In this document: one piece after another, positions 35,994 to 48,260 of the stretch
Layout: the number at the start of each line of letters is the position of its first letter
Position numbering within the stretch: position 1 is the first letter of the stretch
Assembly (NCBI GenBank): GCA_018698915.1
Contig: JABIPN010000006.1
Coordinates: 1-57,424 of the forward strand
Reading direction: 5' to 3'
Length of the DNA: 57,424 nucleotides
Source of the DNA: Candidatus Woesearchaeota archaeon
GTDB taxonomy: Archaea > Nanobdellota > Nanobdellia > UBA10117 > ARS21
Translations under genes and position numbers: made by a program
Notes under the pieces: model-generated
The model's database searches: none
What the model saw: only the letters and a program-made list of their open reading frames with translations
What the model was told of the DNA's origin: nothing

Positions 35994-37265
35994 ATGTTAG
36001 ATATCAAGTTATTTCGTGAAAAACCAGATCTAATTCGAGGTTCTGAGAAGATGCGATTCAAAGATCCAAAAGTTGTAGATCAAGTTATCAAGATAGACAA
36101 TCAATGGCGGAAGACGATTCACGGAATGGAAAAACTCAAAGCTGAACGTAATAAAGTTTCCAAAGAAATTAGTGCTTTGAAGAAGTCTGGAAAATCAGTA
36201 GTATCAAAAATTAAAGATATGCAGCAAGTTGCACAGAAAATTAAAGATATGCAAATCAAAGCTGATGGACTAATTGTTAAACGAGATAAAATAAGATACA
36301 TGGTTGGAAATATTCTTCACAAAGCTGTTCCAATTTCTGAGACTGAAGCCGGGAATAAATTAATTAGAAAGAAAGGTAGAATCCCAAAGTTCAGATTTCC
36401 TGTAAAACATCAAGTTGATTTATTGTTGGACTTGGACTTGGCAGATTTTGATAAAGCTTCAAAAGTTTCTGGTGCGAGATTCTATTATTTGAAGAATGAA
36501 TTAGTAATACTCAATTTTGCAATTCTTAGATATGCAATAGATACGTTAGTTAAAGAAGGATTCATACCAATGTGGACTCCAGTTTTAATGAGACATGAAC
36601 CAATGAAGGCGGCAGCCGAGTTGGCAGATTTTGAAGAGCAACTTTATAAAATTCAAGACGAAGATTTGTATTTAATTGCAACCTCCGAACAAACTTTAGC
36701 AACCTTTCATATGAATGACGTATTTAATTGGAAAGATTTACCTAAAGCTTATACTGCCTATTCTTCATGTTTCAGAAAAGAAGCAGGAAGTCACGGAAAA
36801 GATACAAAAGGAATTTTTAGAGTTCATCAATTTGATAAAATTGAACAATATGTTTTCTGTCATCCTGATGAAAGTTGGAAATGGCATGAAAAGATGATTA
36901 AGATTTCGGAAGATATAATGAAAGGATTAGAAATTCCTTACCAAGTTGTTAATGTTGCATCAGGAGAGATGAATGATAATGGTGCAAAGAAGTATGATAT
37001 TGAAGGATGGTTCCCTGCACAAAATAAATATCGGGAATTATGTTCGGGAACGAATGTTACTGATTATCAAGCTAGAAAAGTTAATGTAAAGTTTGATGAT
37101 AGAGATGGACGACGTAAAATTGTACACACATTGAATTGTACAGCAGTAGCAAGTGAACGAACAATGGCTTGTTTACTTGAAAATCAACAACAGAAAGACG
37201 GTTCGGTTAAAATTCCAAGAGCACTTTGGAAGTATACTGGATTCAAAATAATTAAATCAAAATGA
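35994..37265 (+). CDS. serS: Seryl-tRNA synthetase
   Basis: N-terminal coiled-coil arm. Class II motifs including FRKEAGSHGKDTKGIFRVHQFDKIEQ and GTNVTDYQARK. 423 aa. Confidence 0.92.
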   Translation: MLDIKLFREKPDLIRGSEKMRFKDPKVVDQVIKIDNQWRKTIHGMEKLKAERNKVSKEISALKKSGKSVVSKIKDMQQVAQKIKDMQIKADGLIVKRDKIRYMVGNILHKAVPISETEAGNKLIRKKGRIPKFRFPVKHQVDLLLDLDLADFDKASKVSGARFYYLKNELVILNFAILRYAIDTLVKEGFIPMWTPVLMRHEPMKAAAELADFEEQLYKIQDEDLYLIATSEQTLATFHMNDVFNWKDLPKAYTAYSSCFRKEAGSHGKDTKGIFRVHQFDKIEQYVFCHPDESWKWHEKMIKISEDIMKGLEIPYQVVNVASGEMNDNGAKKYDIEGWFPAQNKYRELCSGTNVTDYQARKVNVKFDDRDGRRKIVHTLNCTAVASERTMACLLENQQQKDGSVKIPRALWKYTGFKIIKSK

Positions 37266-37906
37266 AAATTCTAGCATTTACAGACTTCCATGGTGATGAA
37301 AAAATTATCGCTAAAATTCTTAAGAAGATTAAAAAAGAAGATCCAGATATATTAGTTTGTCCGGGAGATTTTACTGTTTTTGGGAAGAATCTCAATAAAA
37401 TAATGTCTAATTTTTTGGTAGGAAAACCTTTTGTATTTATTCCTGGAAATCATGAAGATGGTGAAAAGTCAGTGTATCTTTTTGCTAAAAATCCCGAAGC
37501 GTTATTAGTACATCAAACTGGAATTGTTGTTAGAGGTATTTTGTTTGTTGGAAGTGGAGGAGGAATTTATGGTAGAAATGAACCAACACTTGATATTTCA
37601 AAACGTTTGTTAGCTCAAAAGATTAAAAATTTTAAGAAAGATAATCCAAAAGGGAAAGTTGTATTCATTACACACCGTCCAGCATATGGAACTAAATGCG
37701 ATTTTATGACTGAGATTCAAGAATATGTTGGTGCAACAAATATTACTGAATTTATTAAGAAAAATCCAATTGATTTACATATTTGCGGGCACATTCATGA
37801 ATGTTTCAATACTCGAGATAAGATTGGAGATACAATTACAGTAAATCCAGGTCCAGAAGGAACGATTATTAATATCAATAATAAAGTAACGGTTGCTAGA
37901 AAATAA
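37262..37906 (+). CDS. Calcineurin-like metallophosphoesterase
   Basis: FTDFHGD, PGDF, PGNHED and CGHIHE motifs. ATGA overlap with serS. Confidence 0.75.
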   Translation: MKILAFTDFHGDEKIIAKILKKIKKEDPDILVCPGDFTVFGKNLNKIMSNFLVGKPFVFIPGNHEDGEKSVYLFAKNPEALLVHQTGIVVRGILFVGSGGGIYGRNEPTLDISKRLLAQKIKNFKKDNPKGKVVFITHRPAYGTKCDFMTEIQEYVGATNITEFIKKNPIDLHICGHIHECFNTRDKIGDTITVNPGPEGTIININNKVTVARK

Positions 37907-37949
37907 TTCATTTAGTAGATTTTAAAACTATACATTTAATGATAAATTT

Positions 37950-39983
37950 ATGGTTGAATTAATCATATCTGAAAAACCTTCTGCAGCAGAGAAGATTGCA
38001 GCATGTTTCGGAAAACCAACATTGAAGCGTCTCAATGGTGTGAAATATTGGGAAGCAGATAACGGCAGAATTTTGATTGGTTCAGCAGTAGGACATTTAT
38101 TTGGATTGAAGAAAACTGAAAGATTTTATCCAGTTTTTAATCTTGAGTGGCAACCATCTTATTCAGGAAGAGGAGCTTCATTTCAGAGACCTTATTTTCA
38201 AACATTGAAAAGTCTTGGGAAAAAAGCAAACACAGTTACAGTTGCAACAGACTATGACCTTGAAGGCGAAGTTATTGGCCTTAATATCGTTAGAGAATTA
38301 TTGGGATTGAAAGATGCAAACCGAATGAAGTTTTCTACACTTACTTCTACTGAATTACAAGAAGCATACAAGAATAAAGCTAAGACTTTGAATTGGGGAC
38401 AAGCGAATGCAGGTGTTGTTCGTCATACTCTTGATTGGTACTATGGAATTAATTTATCTCAAATAATATCTAAATCTCTTTCAGTAGTTTTGAATAGATA
38501 TCAACCGCTGAGCATCGGACGAGTCCAAGGTCCATCTTTGGCTATACTTGCTGAGCGTGAAATTGAAATTAAGAAGTTTAAACCAGAACCTTTTTGGCAG
38601 ATTTTTGCAAATTTATGGTTAAATTCACAGAAGTTTCAAGCAGTTCACGAGAAAGATAAGTTTTGGAAGAAATTAGATGCCGATAAAATATTTGCAAAAG
38701 TTAAAGATAAACCAGGACGAATATCTGAGATTAATAAACGTAAACAAAAAGTAGTGGTTCCAGTCCCTTTTGATTTAACTTCCTTACAAATTGAAGCTTA
38801 TCGAATTTTCAAGTATAGTCCTGCAATGACTTTGAAGATTGCTCAAACTCTTTATACTAAAGCATTAATTTCATACCCTAGAACTTCAAGTCAGAAGTTA
38901 CCAAAAGCATTAAACTTTAAGAAAATAATTTCTAAACTAGGAACAAATCCAAATTATCATGAAATAGCGAAAGAAGTTTTAGCCACTCGTTTGATTCCAA
39001 AAGAAGGACGAAAGTCTGATCCTGCTCATCCTGCCATTCACCCAACAGGTGAGCGATCAGGAACACTTGAAGATCCAGTTCGGAAAGTTTACGATTTAAT
39101 TGTACGTAGATTCTTTTCTGTATTTGGTCAAGATGGCGAACGTGAAACTACCACTGTTAAATTAGCTATTGAAAAAGAAATTTTCAAGTTTGCAGGAACA
39201 ATAACAACAAAAGTTGCTTGGCAGAAATGGTATGGTCAGTACGCTCGAAGAAAAGAGAATGAATTGCCTCAACTAACCGTGGGTAATATTTTGAAACAGA
39301 ATGCTGAGTTAGCAGCAAAGGAAACTCAACCACCGCCGAGATATAATGTTGCTTCGCTGATTAAATTGTTGGAGAAACAAAATTTAGGAACTAAAGCAAC
39401 ACGTTCGCAGATTATTGAAACTTTGGTTAAGCGGAATTATATACAAAGTAATCCTATGGAAGTTACTGATTTCGGAATGAAAGTTTTCAATGTTTTCAAA
39501 AAACATGCACCTGAAGTTTTGAGTTCTAAGTTGACACGTAACTTTGAAAAAGGAATGGACGAAATTCGTGAAGGAAAAGTTAAACCTGAAGCTGTTATTC
39601 AAGTCGGAAAAGATTCAGTTACAAAACTTTATGCTCAGTTGAAAGAAAGTTCTGAGGCAATTGGTAAGGCACTCTCAGCTAGTTTTGTTGAAACCACGAA
39701 GAAACAAGTTACTTTGTTTAAATGTGTGAAGTGTAAGAAAAATGATCTGGTTGTTCGGAGATCTCGCGCTTCAAAGAAAAGATTCATCGCTTGTGCAGGT
39801 TATCCCAAGTGTAAATTCACTTGGCCTTTACCTCAGAAAGGAATTTTGAGTGTAGTAAAAAATAAAAAGTGTGAGCACTGTAGTATACAGATGTTGCAAG
39901 TGCGATCAGGAAAGAAACCTTGGTTATTTTGTCCAAATCCCGATTGTGAAGGTAAGAAGAAAGATGGATCCGAAAACAGTTGA
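37950..39983 (+). CDS. topA: Type IA DNA topoisomerase
   Basis: Toprim (IISEKPS, ATDYDLEGEVIG), active-site Tyr block ISYPRTSSQ, C-terminal Cys4 zinc ribbons (CVKCKK..CAGYPKC, CEHCS..CPNPDC). Confidence 0.9.
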   Translation: MVELIISEKPSAAEKIAACFGKPTLKRLNGVKYWEADNGRILIGSAVGHLFGLKKTERFYPVFNLEWQPSYSGRGASFQRPYFQTLKSLGKKANTVTVATDYDLEGEVIGLNIVRELLGLKDANRMKFSTLTSTELQEAYKNKAKTLNWGQANAGVVRHTLDWYYGINLSQIISKSLSVVLNRYQPLSIGRVQGPSLAILAEREIEIKKFKPEPFWQIFANLWLNSQKFQAVHEKDKFWKKLDADKIFAKVKDKPGRISEINKRKQKVVVPVPFDLTSLQIEAYRIFKYSPAMTLKIAQTLYTKALISYPRTSSQKLPKALNFKKIISKLGTNPNYHEIAKEVLATRLIPKEGRKSDPAHPAIHPTGERSGTLEDPVRKVYDLIVRRFFSVFGQDGERETTTVKLAIEKEIFKFAGTITTKVAWQKWYGQYARRKENELPQLTVGNILKQNAELAAKETQPPPRYNVASLIKLLEKQNLGTKATRSQIIETLVKRNYIQSNPMEVTDFGMKVFNVFKKHAPEVLSSKLTRNFEKGMDEIREGKVKPEAVIQVGKDSVTKLYAQLKESSEAIGKALSASFVETTKKQVTLFKCVKCKKNDLVVRRSRASKKRFIACAGYPKCKFTWPLPQKGILSVVKNKKCEHCSIQMLQVRSGKKPWLFCPNPDCEGKKKDGSENS

Positions 39984-40107
39984 ACAAGATTTGAAAGAAT
40001 TAGATGAAAAAGAATTATTGTCTAATTGGAAAAATCATAAGTTGAGTAAGTTTTGGTATGTTGCAGCGTTTTTAGTTTTTATTGTAATCTTCTATTATAT
40101 GTTTTAG
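39964..40107 (+). CDS. Possible small single-pass membrane protein
   Basis: MDPKTVEQDLKELDEKELLSNWKNHKLSKFWYVAAFLVFIVIFYYMF fills the otherwise empty 120-nt convergent gap. Start uncertain and no clear TATA. Confidence 0.25.
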   Translation: MDPKTVEQDLKELDEKELLSNWKNHKLSKFWYVAAFLVFIVIFYYMF

Positions 40108-40799
40108 AATAAACTAAGTTTTCTTCGTTCATTAGATTCTTCAATATTTTTCTGAGTAATTTTAAATTGAATTTCTTTTCTCGGAATTGAACGATGCTTT
40201 AGAAGTTTTAGAATTCGACCAGTTTCTTTGAGTTCTAATTTGATAATACATTTTGATGTATATTTCATCAAATCTCCACCAACCATCTTGATATCATTTT
40301 TTCTTGTGAAATCTGCATAGACTTGATTTGTTAGAAGAATCGGAATTGTTAATTTATGTGATATTTTTCGGAGAGTACTTAGTTGTCGTGCCATTTCTTT
40401 ATTTACTTCGTAAGCTTCCCGTTCTCCAAGTTCTAATCGGTAAAGCATAGATATAGAATCAACCACAATAAGTTTTGGTTTATGTTCTTCTGCAAATTTC
40501 TCAAGATTTCTGAATAATTCTGTTTGCTCATCAAAAGTAGTTGGTTTGAATATTATTAGATTATTCAATCTTCGCTCATGAGTTTCAGGAAACATTTGTT
40601 TCACTCGATCTATTGAGAATCCACCTTCAGTATCAATGAATATAATTTTACTATCTTGCGCATTGAAAAGTGCGGCAAGAATTGCGATGTTTGTTTTTCC
40701 AGATCCACTTGGTCCATAAATTGTTGTAGTCACTTCTTTTTCTAATCCGCCTTCTAAAATATTATCAATAAGTTTAGACCCCGTACTACATCGTTCCAT
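40104..40799 (-). CDS. radB: RadB (RecA/RadA paralogue lacking the N-terminal HhH domain)
   Basis: Walker A YGPSGSGKTN, Walker B LIVVDSI, 231 aa. Confidence 0.8.
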   Translation of the reverse strand: MERCSTGSKLIDNILEGGLEKEVTTTIYGPSGSGKTNIAILAALFNAQDSKIIFIDTEGGFSIDRVKQMFPETHERRLNNLIIFKPTTFDEQTELFRNLEKFAEEHKPKLIVVDSISMLYRLELGEREAYEVNKEMARQLSTLRKISHKLTIPILLTNQVYADFTRKNDIKMVGGDLMKYTSKCIIKLELKETGRILKLLKHRSIPRKEIQFKITQKNIEESNERRKLSLF

Positions 40800-40837
40800 T
40801 TCATAATGTTTTTATATAGACATTTAAGATATTGTAT

Positions 40838-41077
40838 ATGACAGCATCTAATCATAAGAAGGCTTACATGAAAAAATATAATCAGAAGTCTGAAGTTAAA
40901 TCCAGAAAAGCAGAATACATGCGTAAGACTAGAGCAAAGTCTGATCAGATAGCTGCAGAGAGATTAGTTAATATGTTGTTAGAACAAGGTTTTGAAGACT
41001 GGGCATTTGATGTTGCTCAAGAACGAGCCCCACAAATGTTAATTACTGCTAAAAATCGAGTAAGAAAGAGAAAGTAA
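40838..41077 (+). CDS. Small very basic protein, unknown function
   Basis: 79 aa, Lys/Arg-rich at both ends. TTTATATA at 40811-40818 lies 20-27 nt upstream of the ATG. Confidence 0.4.
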   Translation: MTASNHKKAYMKKYNQKSEVKSRKAEYMRKTRAKSDQIAAERLVNMLLEQGFEDWAFDVAQERAPQMLITAKNRVRKRK

Positions 41078-41110
41078 AGAGCATCCACTCAATCCCCTTT
41101 TAAAATTTAA

Positions 41111-43411
<2,301 letters not shown>

Positions 43412-43450
43412 TTTGGATAAGTTTAAATATGTCCCATAGCAATTTTAGGT

Positions 43451-43744
43451 ATGGCAGTTTATGTTGCATTGATGTATTCACAACAGCGTTCAAAAATGAC
43501 CACGCCGATGGCCGATGGTGATTTACAAAATAATTTAAATTCTAAATTAAATGTTGATGGAAAGGATATTTCAAGAGTTACAGTTAGTAGCTCCAAAGGC
43601 GGAGGTCTGGCATTTTCTGGTTCAGCAGAAACAGTTACAGTTGTTGTTGTTATTGACGCGTCAAAGGAATTAGAATTGAGGAAACAAATAGACCCAATAC
43701 TCATATCTCATAAATTTAATTATCTCAGAACTGATAAAAGTTAA
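43451..43744 (+). CDS. Hypothetical protein
   Basis: 97-aa ORF in the CDC48/MetAP convergent gap. TTTAAATA at 43422-43429 lies 22-29 nt upstream of the ATG. No recognisable motif. Confidence 0.4.
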   Translation: MAVYVALMYSQQRSKMTTPMADGDLQNNLNSKLNVDGKDISRVTVSSSKGGGLAFSGSAETVTVVVVIDASKELELRKQIDPILISHKFNYLRTDKS

Positions 43745-44631
43745 CCCAAAATAATTGGTTTATCATCAATAATTATTGTGTGTTCAAATTGAGCTACGTA
43801 TGAACCTTTTTCTTCTAGTAAAACTGTATGATCATATAAAATTCCCATTCTTGCAAAATTTTTTAGTGCCAATTTAGTTTTCAATTCTCCAAATTTCTTC
43901 TCAACCTCTCTTTCTGAGAAAGGAAGGGTTTTGTATTTTTCAATAATATATTTCAAAACATCTTTATGTAGTCTTACAGGTTTTGTTTCCTTTAGTTCAT
44001 AGATCCCTGAGCTTGGACCTTCACGTATTGCGCCACGTCCATTAGTCACAAAAGGTTCTATTGCAATTACATCACCCTTCTTTAGTTTGTCATTGCCTTT
44101 GGTATCATAATTTGGAATACTGTATCCAACATGTACTTCATATTGACCAACTCCGTGCCCAGATAAGTTTTTGATTACTTTGAATCCTCCATCAATTGTT
44201 GTTTTTTCAATTTGCGCACCGATTTCTGAAGTCTTAACCCCAGGCTTCAGAATCTTTATTGCGTTATTAAGTGCATCTCTTGCTGTTTTTATCATCTTAT
44301 CATGCTTGTTTGTAGCAATGCCAACCGAAATTGCGCTATCTACAATGTATCCATCCACCTGTACGCCCACATCTAATTTTAATAAATCGCCTTTCTTTAA
44401 CACGTTTTTATCTTTTGAAGATGCACAATAATGAGCTGCAACATCATTCACTGAGATGTTTGCTGGAAAGGCAAGTTCTGCACCCAACTCTCGAGTTTTA
44501 GCTTCAATTTTTTCAGATAATTCTAAATAAGACATACCTGGTTTTGCGAGAGATTTTCCATAGGCCTTAACTTTTTTAGAAACTTCACTAGCTTTTTTGT
44601 ACTTTGCCAGAATTTCTTTACTTAACTCCAT
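43741..44631 (-). CDS. map: Type II (archaeal/eukaryotic) methionine aminopeptidase
   Basis: Pita-bread fold blocks: FPANISVNDVAAHY, DVGVQVDGYIVDSA, LSGHGVGQYEVH, AIEPF, AQFEHT. The ATG at 44631 forms a TAATG overlap with the polB stop (TTG alternative at 44640). Confidence 0.88.
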   Translation of the reverse strand: MELSKEILAKYKKASEVSKKVKAYGKSLAKPGMSYLELSEKIEAKTRELGAELAFPANISVNDVAAHYCASSKDKNVLKKGDLLKLDVGVQVDGYIVDSAISVGIATNKHDKMIKTARDALNNAIKILKPGVKTSEIGAQIEKTTIDGGFKVIKNLSGHGVGQYEVHVGYSIPNYDTKGNDKLKKGDVIAIEPFVTNGRGAIREGPSSGIYELKETKPVRLHKDVLKYIIEKYKTLPFSEREVEKKFGELKTKLALKNFARMGILYDHTVLLEEKGSYVAQFEHTIIIDDKPIILG

Positions 44632-46961
44632 TATAACCAATTGTCCAAACCAGTATTAAGATTTTTGATTTGTTCCTCTGAATAACCAAACAGTTCCAGT
44701 ATTTTATATGTTGCGCCAATTACTTGGTTGTTGATGTAATAATCTTCATCAATTTCCTCAAGACTAGTAGTTTCAGGTAATTTTACTCGATCACGTATTC
44801 TTTTTGAAGTTCCAGCAGCAACTATATATTTTACAATTGTTCCAGCACCTACATTTATTCCTTTTTGAGCTAATAATTCACCTGCGGCAACTTGAGGTCC
44901 TCGTGTTTTGTATTCATGTAATTGTTTTGTTAATTTATTTGAAATTATTAAATCCTCAATATCAATTTTTCTGTTTCTAATATTTCCAATTACATTTTGT
45001 ATTTTTTCCAATGCAGGTTTTCCATCAGCTTCAGTCAAAATTATATTGAGCACACTTGTTTGTGCATCTCTTGCAAGTTTAGACCAATCACCCCTTCGAG
45101 CTTCAAGTCCTTTTATTATCATTTTATCATTTTTATCGAGTAAAGCATATCTTTTTTTTGCTCCAGAACCAGAACCTTTCTTTTCTAAGAATACTCCCGA
45201 TTTGAATAATCCTTCCTCTTCAAGTTCCATTGGTTTTGGAAGAATTTTATTTGCTTCATTTTTGAATTTATCTATAGAATCAGAATCAATTAAGAATACG
45301 GAATCGGTATCTCCATAAATAACTTTAATGTTATGTTTTTCCGCTAAATCTATCGTATCGTGAATATATTTCCTACCCATCGCAGTTATTGATCTTGCAC
45401 AATCTAAAGAATACCATCTTGCTCCAAAGAACGCTAAATAACCGTAGAATGAATTTGCTAAAATTTTCAATCCATAAGCTTCTGCATCCAATGTTTTGTA
45501 TTCGTCTGAATCTTTCTTATGATTTTTTAGTGCTTTTTTAACTTCGAATCGCCGAGTAATTATTCTTTCAATAAGTTCAGGCAGAAATCCTTGTTTTGAT
45601 TTATCAAAGAATACTGTTTTGCCTGGGAGATTAATTCTTTCTTCATCTGTTCCTTCAGATTTAATTGTATATTTATCGATATTATGCGCGATTAAAATTG
45701 TCGGATACAAACTACGAAAGTCAAATACTCTAATATTTTTGTAAACCCCTGGAGTTGGTTGATATACAAATGCGCCTTCTGCCTGTGTAGCCCGCCGTTT
45801 TATAATTTTATCATTTGAAGGTCGATTTTCAATCACGCGGTCTTGCTCAATTGCACTTTTGATAATAAACTGTTCAACAAGTCTACCATATCTCATTCGA
45901 GTCACATCAAATAAGGGAAGGCCAGTAAATCTTGAAAATTGTAACGCGATTGGTAGTATTTTTTCTGCAAGCAAGTATGTTAATTTAGAATCCAATAAAT
46001 TATATTCTGAAAACTTATTCATATTTTCATCACTATCATCTAACCAAGCCTCATGAGGAAGCACTCCGAGTTCTAATTTCTTCTGACCGAGCATTTCTTC
46101 GGCAACATTATCTAAAGATAGAGAATTTGTTTTCAATCTTGGAGCCAAGACGTTTCTAATAAAAATGTAAGTATCCAAATGAGTTATTCCTTTTATTTTT
46201 ACAGGTTTATCATTTCTTGCTCCCTGAGTATAAATCATGTCTTCATCGAAAGGTTTCAATTTAAGTTTTATTTCATTTTTTGAAGCTCGTTCCTTTATGA
46301 ACCACATATCAAATCTATCTGAATTGTAACCAGTAATTATATCAGGTTCAAATTTATTTATTGTCTCTTGGAAATCTTTCAAAAGTTCTTTTTCTGATGC
46401 AACAGATTTAATGTAATCATGTTCTTTTTTGAAATCACGAATTATTGTCACCTTTTCAAGGTTTTTACTATAATATGAAATTGATACAATCTCATCAATT
46501 AAAGGATCAGGAAAGTTTCCATCACTTGTTGTTTCAATATCAAATGCAAGAATTTTTGGATTAAAGTTTTCATATAGTTTAATTTTGTTGTCAAGAATTG
46601 AACGGAAAATATAAGGAATATCTGCCTCAAATACTTCAGAAACACTTTCAAATTCTTTGATTTTTTCTCTTATTACTGGAACTTCTCTTGGAAATTTAAC
46701 TGTAACTTTTAGAAATTCTGTGTTTTTATTTTGAAAATTTTTTGCCACAACCTCAACGTTTTGAGCCTTTGTTTTCCCTCCTTTAAATTCATAATTCAAA
46801 TCAAGAATATCCTTTTTTGCTTGTTTCAAATCGGCCGGAAGTACTAAAAAATAAGGTTCAGAAGTTTTAATTTCTTCAATATGTTTTTTCCCATGTTCAG
46901 ACTTAACCAGAGTTAGATGCCGCTGGCTGTCCTCAGAATAAACAATATCGATTACTGTCAT
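44631..46961 (-). CDS. Family B DNA polymerase
   Basis: Exo I FDIETT, motif A DFRSLYPTI, motif C YGDTDS. 776 aa, no intein. Confidence 0.92.
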   Translation of the reverse strand: MTVIDIVYSEDSQRHLTLVKSEHGKKHIEEIKTSEPYFLVLPADLKQAKKDILDLNYEFKGGKTKAQNVEVVAKNFQNKNTEFLKVTVKFPREVPVIREKIKEFESVSEVFEADIPYIFRSILDNKIKLYENFNPKILAFDIETTSDGNFPDPLIDEIVSISYYSKNLEKVTIIRDFKKEHDYIKSVASEKELLKDFQETINKFEPDIITGYNSDRFDMWFIKERASKNEIKLKLKPFDEDMIYTQGARNDKPVKIKGITHLDTYIFIRNVLAPRLKTNSLSLDNVAEEMLGQKKLELGVLPHEAWLDDSDENMNKFSEYNLLDSKLTYLLAEKILPIALQFSRFTGLPLFDVTRMRYGRLVEQFIIKSAIEQDRVIENRPSNDKIIKRRATQAEGAFVYQPTPGVYKNIRVFDFRSLYPTILIAHNIDKYTIKSEGTDEERINLPGKTVFFDKSKQGFLPELIERIITRRFEVKKALKNHKKDSDEYKTLDAEAYGLKILANSFYGYLAFFGARWYSLDCARSITAMGRKYIHDTIDLAEKHNIKVIYGDTDSVFLIDSDSIDKFKNEANKILPKPMELEEEGLFKSGVFLEKKGSGSGAKKRYALLDKNDKMIIKGLEARRGDWSKLARDAQTSVLNIILTEADGKPALEKIQNVIGNIRNRKIDIEDLIISNKLTKQLHEYKTRGPQVAAGELLAQKGINVGAGTIVKYIVAAGTSKRIRDRVKLPETTSLEEIDEDYYINNQVIGATYKILELFGYSEEQIKNLNTGLDNWL

Positions 46962-47353
46962 TACTCTTCTTCGCCTTTGATTTGATCAAAGAATCTTCGC
47001 ATATCTCGTTGAACTTGATCCGCATCAACCTTTAATTTTTCAAGGCTTAAATGCAATCTTTCTTCATCCTTTACAAGATTTGCAATTTGATCAAAAGGAC
47101 CTGTTGCTCTTTGAAAGTCTGACATTCCGATGGATCCGTATGGAGAATTATTCATCTCTCTTGAAAGTTTTGCTACCAAATTTCCCAACCAAATATTTAA
47201 TGCATCTTTAACTTCAGATCTTATTTGTTTTCCATCAGTAGTTGATCTACGCATCAATCGTACAACTCTTGCTCTTGGAAAAGGAAAACTTGAATCTTCT
47301 TCATTTTCATTAATATTTTGTTCTTCATGTGGTTTAGCTTTGTTAGTTTCCAT
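46961..47353 (-). CDS. Histone-fold protein with acidic N-terminus and C-terminal coiled-coil extension
   Basis: FPRARVVRLMRR-STTDGKQIR-SEVKDALNIWLGNLVAKLSREMNNS-PYGSIGMS-DFQRA fits the alpha1-L1-alpha2-L2-alpha3 layout of archaeal histones and NF-Y/Dpb-type folds. TAATG overlap with the polB start. Confidence 0.6.
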   Translation of the reverse strand: METNKAKPHEEQNINENEEDSSFPFPRARVVRLMRRSTTDGKQIRSEVKDALNIWLGNLVAKLSREMNNSPYGSIGMSDFQRATGPFDQIANLVKDEERLHLSLEKLKVDADQVQRDMRRFFDQIKGEEE

Positions 47354-47373
47354 AATATTGTTAGTTGTAAAAG

Positions 47374-47381
47374 CTTTAAAA
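47374..47381 (-). promoter_or_regulatory. TATA-like box for the histone-fold/polB/map operon
   Basis: TTTTAAAG on the minus strand, 21-28 nt upstream of the ATG at 47353. Confidence 0.4.
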
Positions 47382-47398
47382 CTTAAGGATTTCGCTTA

Positions 47399-47788
47399 TT
47401 AATCAGATAATTCAATATCGTCTTCGTATTGCGATTCTACCAGTCCTTCATTCTCATTTTCCTCATCGTCGTCAAAACTGTAACCGAACTCTTCTTCGAT
47501 GATTTTATTGCAAATTTGATAGACTCCAAATTTTAATAATTCAGCAGTTGGTTCATTTCGAATTGCTTCAGAAACTGCAGAAACAAGAGTCATTGTGTTT
47601 TCAGATAATGGATAACTGCTTCCTCTTTGTCCATTTATGTATTGAGAAACTGCAGAGATTTGTGAATCCATTAATTCTGCTATATCTTTTTGTGAAAATC
47701 CATTAGAATTCAGAGATTTTGCAATTTCGGCTTTAACTGAAGATATTGCTGTACGAGCTATAAACTCATGAGGATAAACAATAGGCAT
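47399..47788 (-). CDS. XRE-type helix-turn-helix protein with acidic C-terminal tail
   Basis: GFSQKDIAELMDSQISAVSQYINGQRG (HTH_3-like). The tail is DDDEENENEGLVESQYEDDIELSD. Confidence 0.6.
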   Translation of the reverse strand: MPIVYPHEFIARTAISSVKAEIAKSLNSNGFSQKDIAELMDSQISAVSQYINGQRGSSYPLSENTMTLVSAVSEAIRNEPTAELLKFGVYQICNKIIEEEFGYSFDDDEENENEGLVESQYEDDIELSD

Positions 47789-47828
47789 AATCTGGGAAGA
47801 GCATAATTAATTAAAAGCATTTTGATGA

Positions 47829-48053
47829 TTAAGAAAAGTTTTTTAGGAAAATCTTTGTGAAAAATCCACTAACTAAAAGCAAACCAAGACCCACAGATAT
47901 TGCCTGACCAGGAGTCATGTTAAGTTCACCCCAACGACCTATACCACTCCACAATAAGATGAAACCCATTCCTGCGATAAATGCCAATAAGAAGTGACGA
48001 ATAATTTTCATATGTTTAAACAGAGTCGTATGCCTAACTTTTCTTTTTATCAT
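47829..48053 (-). CDS. Small two-TM membrane protein
   Basis: 74 aa with a basic N-terminus and two hydrophobic helices (FLLAFIAGMGFILLW, AISVGLGLLLVSGFF). Confidence 0.4.
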   Translation of the reverse strand: MIKRKVRHTTLFKHMKIIRHFLLAFIAGMGFILLWSGIGRWGELNMTPGQAISVGLGLLLVSGFFTKIFLKNFS

Positions 48054-48097
48054 ATTATTTATTTAACTGCTTCAAATAAAAAGTCTTGTTTTCGAAG

Positions 48098-48171
48098 AGC
48101 GCGGGGAGGGATTTGAACCCCCGAATGACGGGATTGCAACCCGTCGCCTTACCGGACTTGGCCACCCGCGC
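48098..48171 (-). tRNA. tRNA-Cys (anticodon GCA)
   Basis: Hand-folded cloverleaf: acceptor GCGCGGG/CCCGCGC, anticodon stem ACGGG/CCCGT with loop TTGCAAT, T-arm GGGGG-TTCAAAT-CCCTC, 5-nt variable loop, discriminator U73. 74 nt, no encoded CCA, no intron. Confidence 0.9.
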
Positions 48172-48194
48172 GTTAGTTTTAAGCTCTGATTTTC

Positions 48195-48202
48195 ATTTAA
48201 AA
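48195..48202 (-). promoter_or_regulatory. TATA box of tRNA-Cys
   Basis: TTTTAAAT on the minus strand, 24-31 nt upstream of tRNA position +1. Confidence 0.5.
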
Positions 48203-48260
48203 CCCTTTCTGAGCCTGATTTTCAGATTAAATTTATATACTTTTACTGTGATTTTTGAGA

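Noticed and set aside
44908-45318. 136-aa plus-strand ORF inside polB; the similar ORFs 53232-53642 inside the RPA gene and 15677-16084 inside hldE
   Set aside because: Antisense shadows of strongly supported genes with low-complexity translations.
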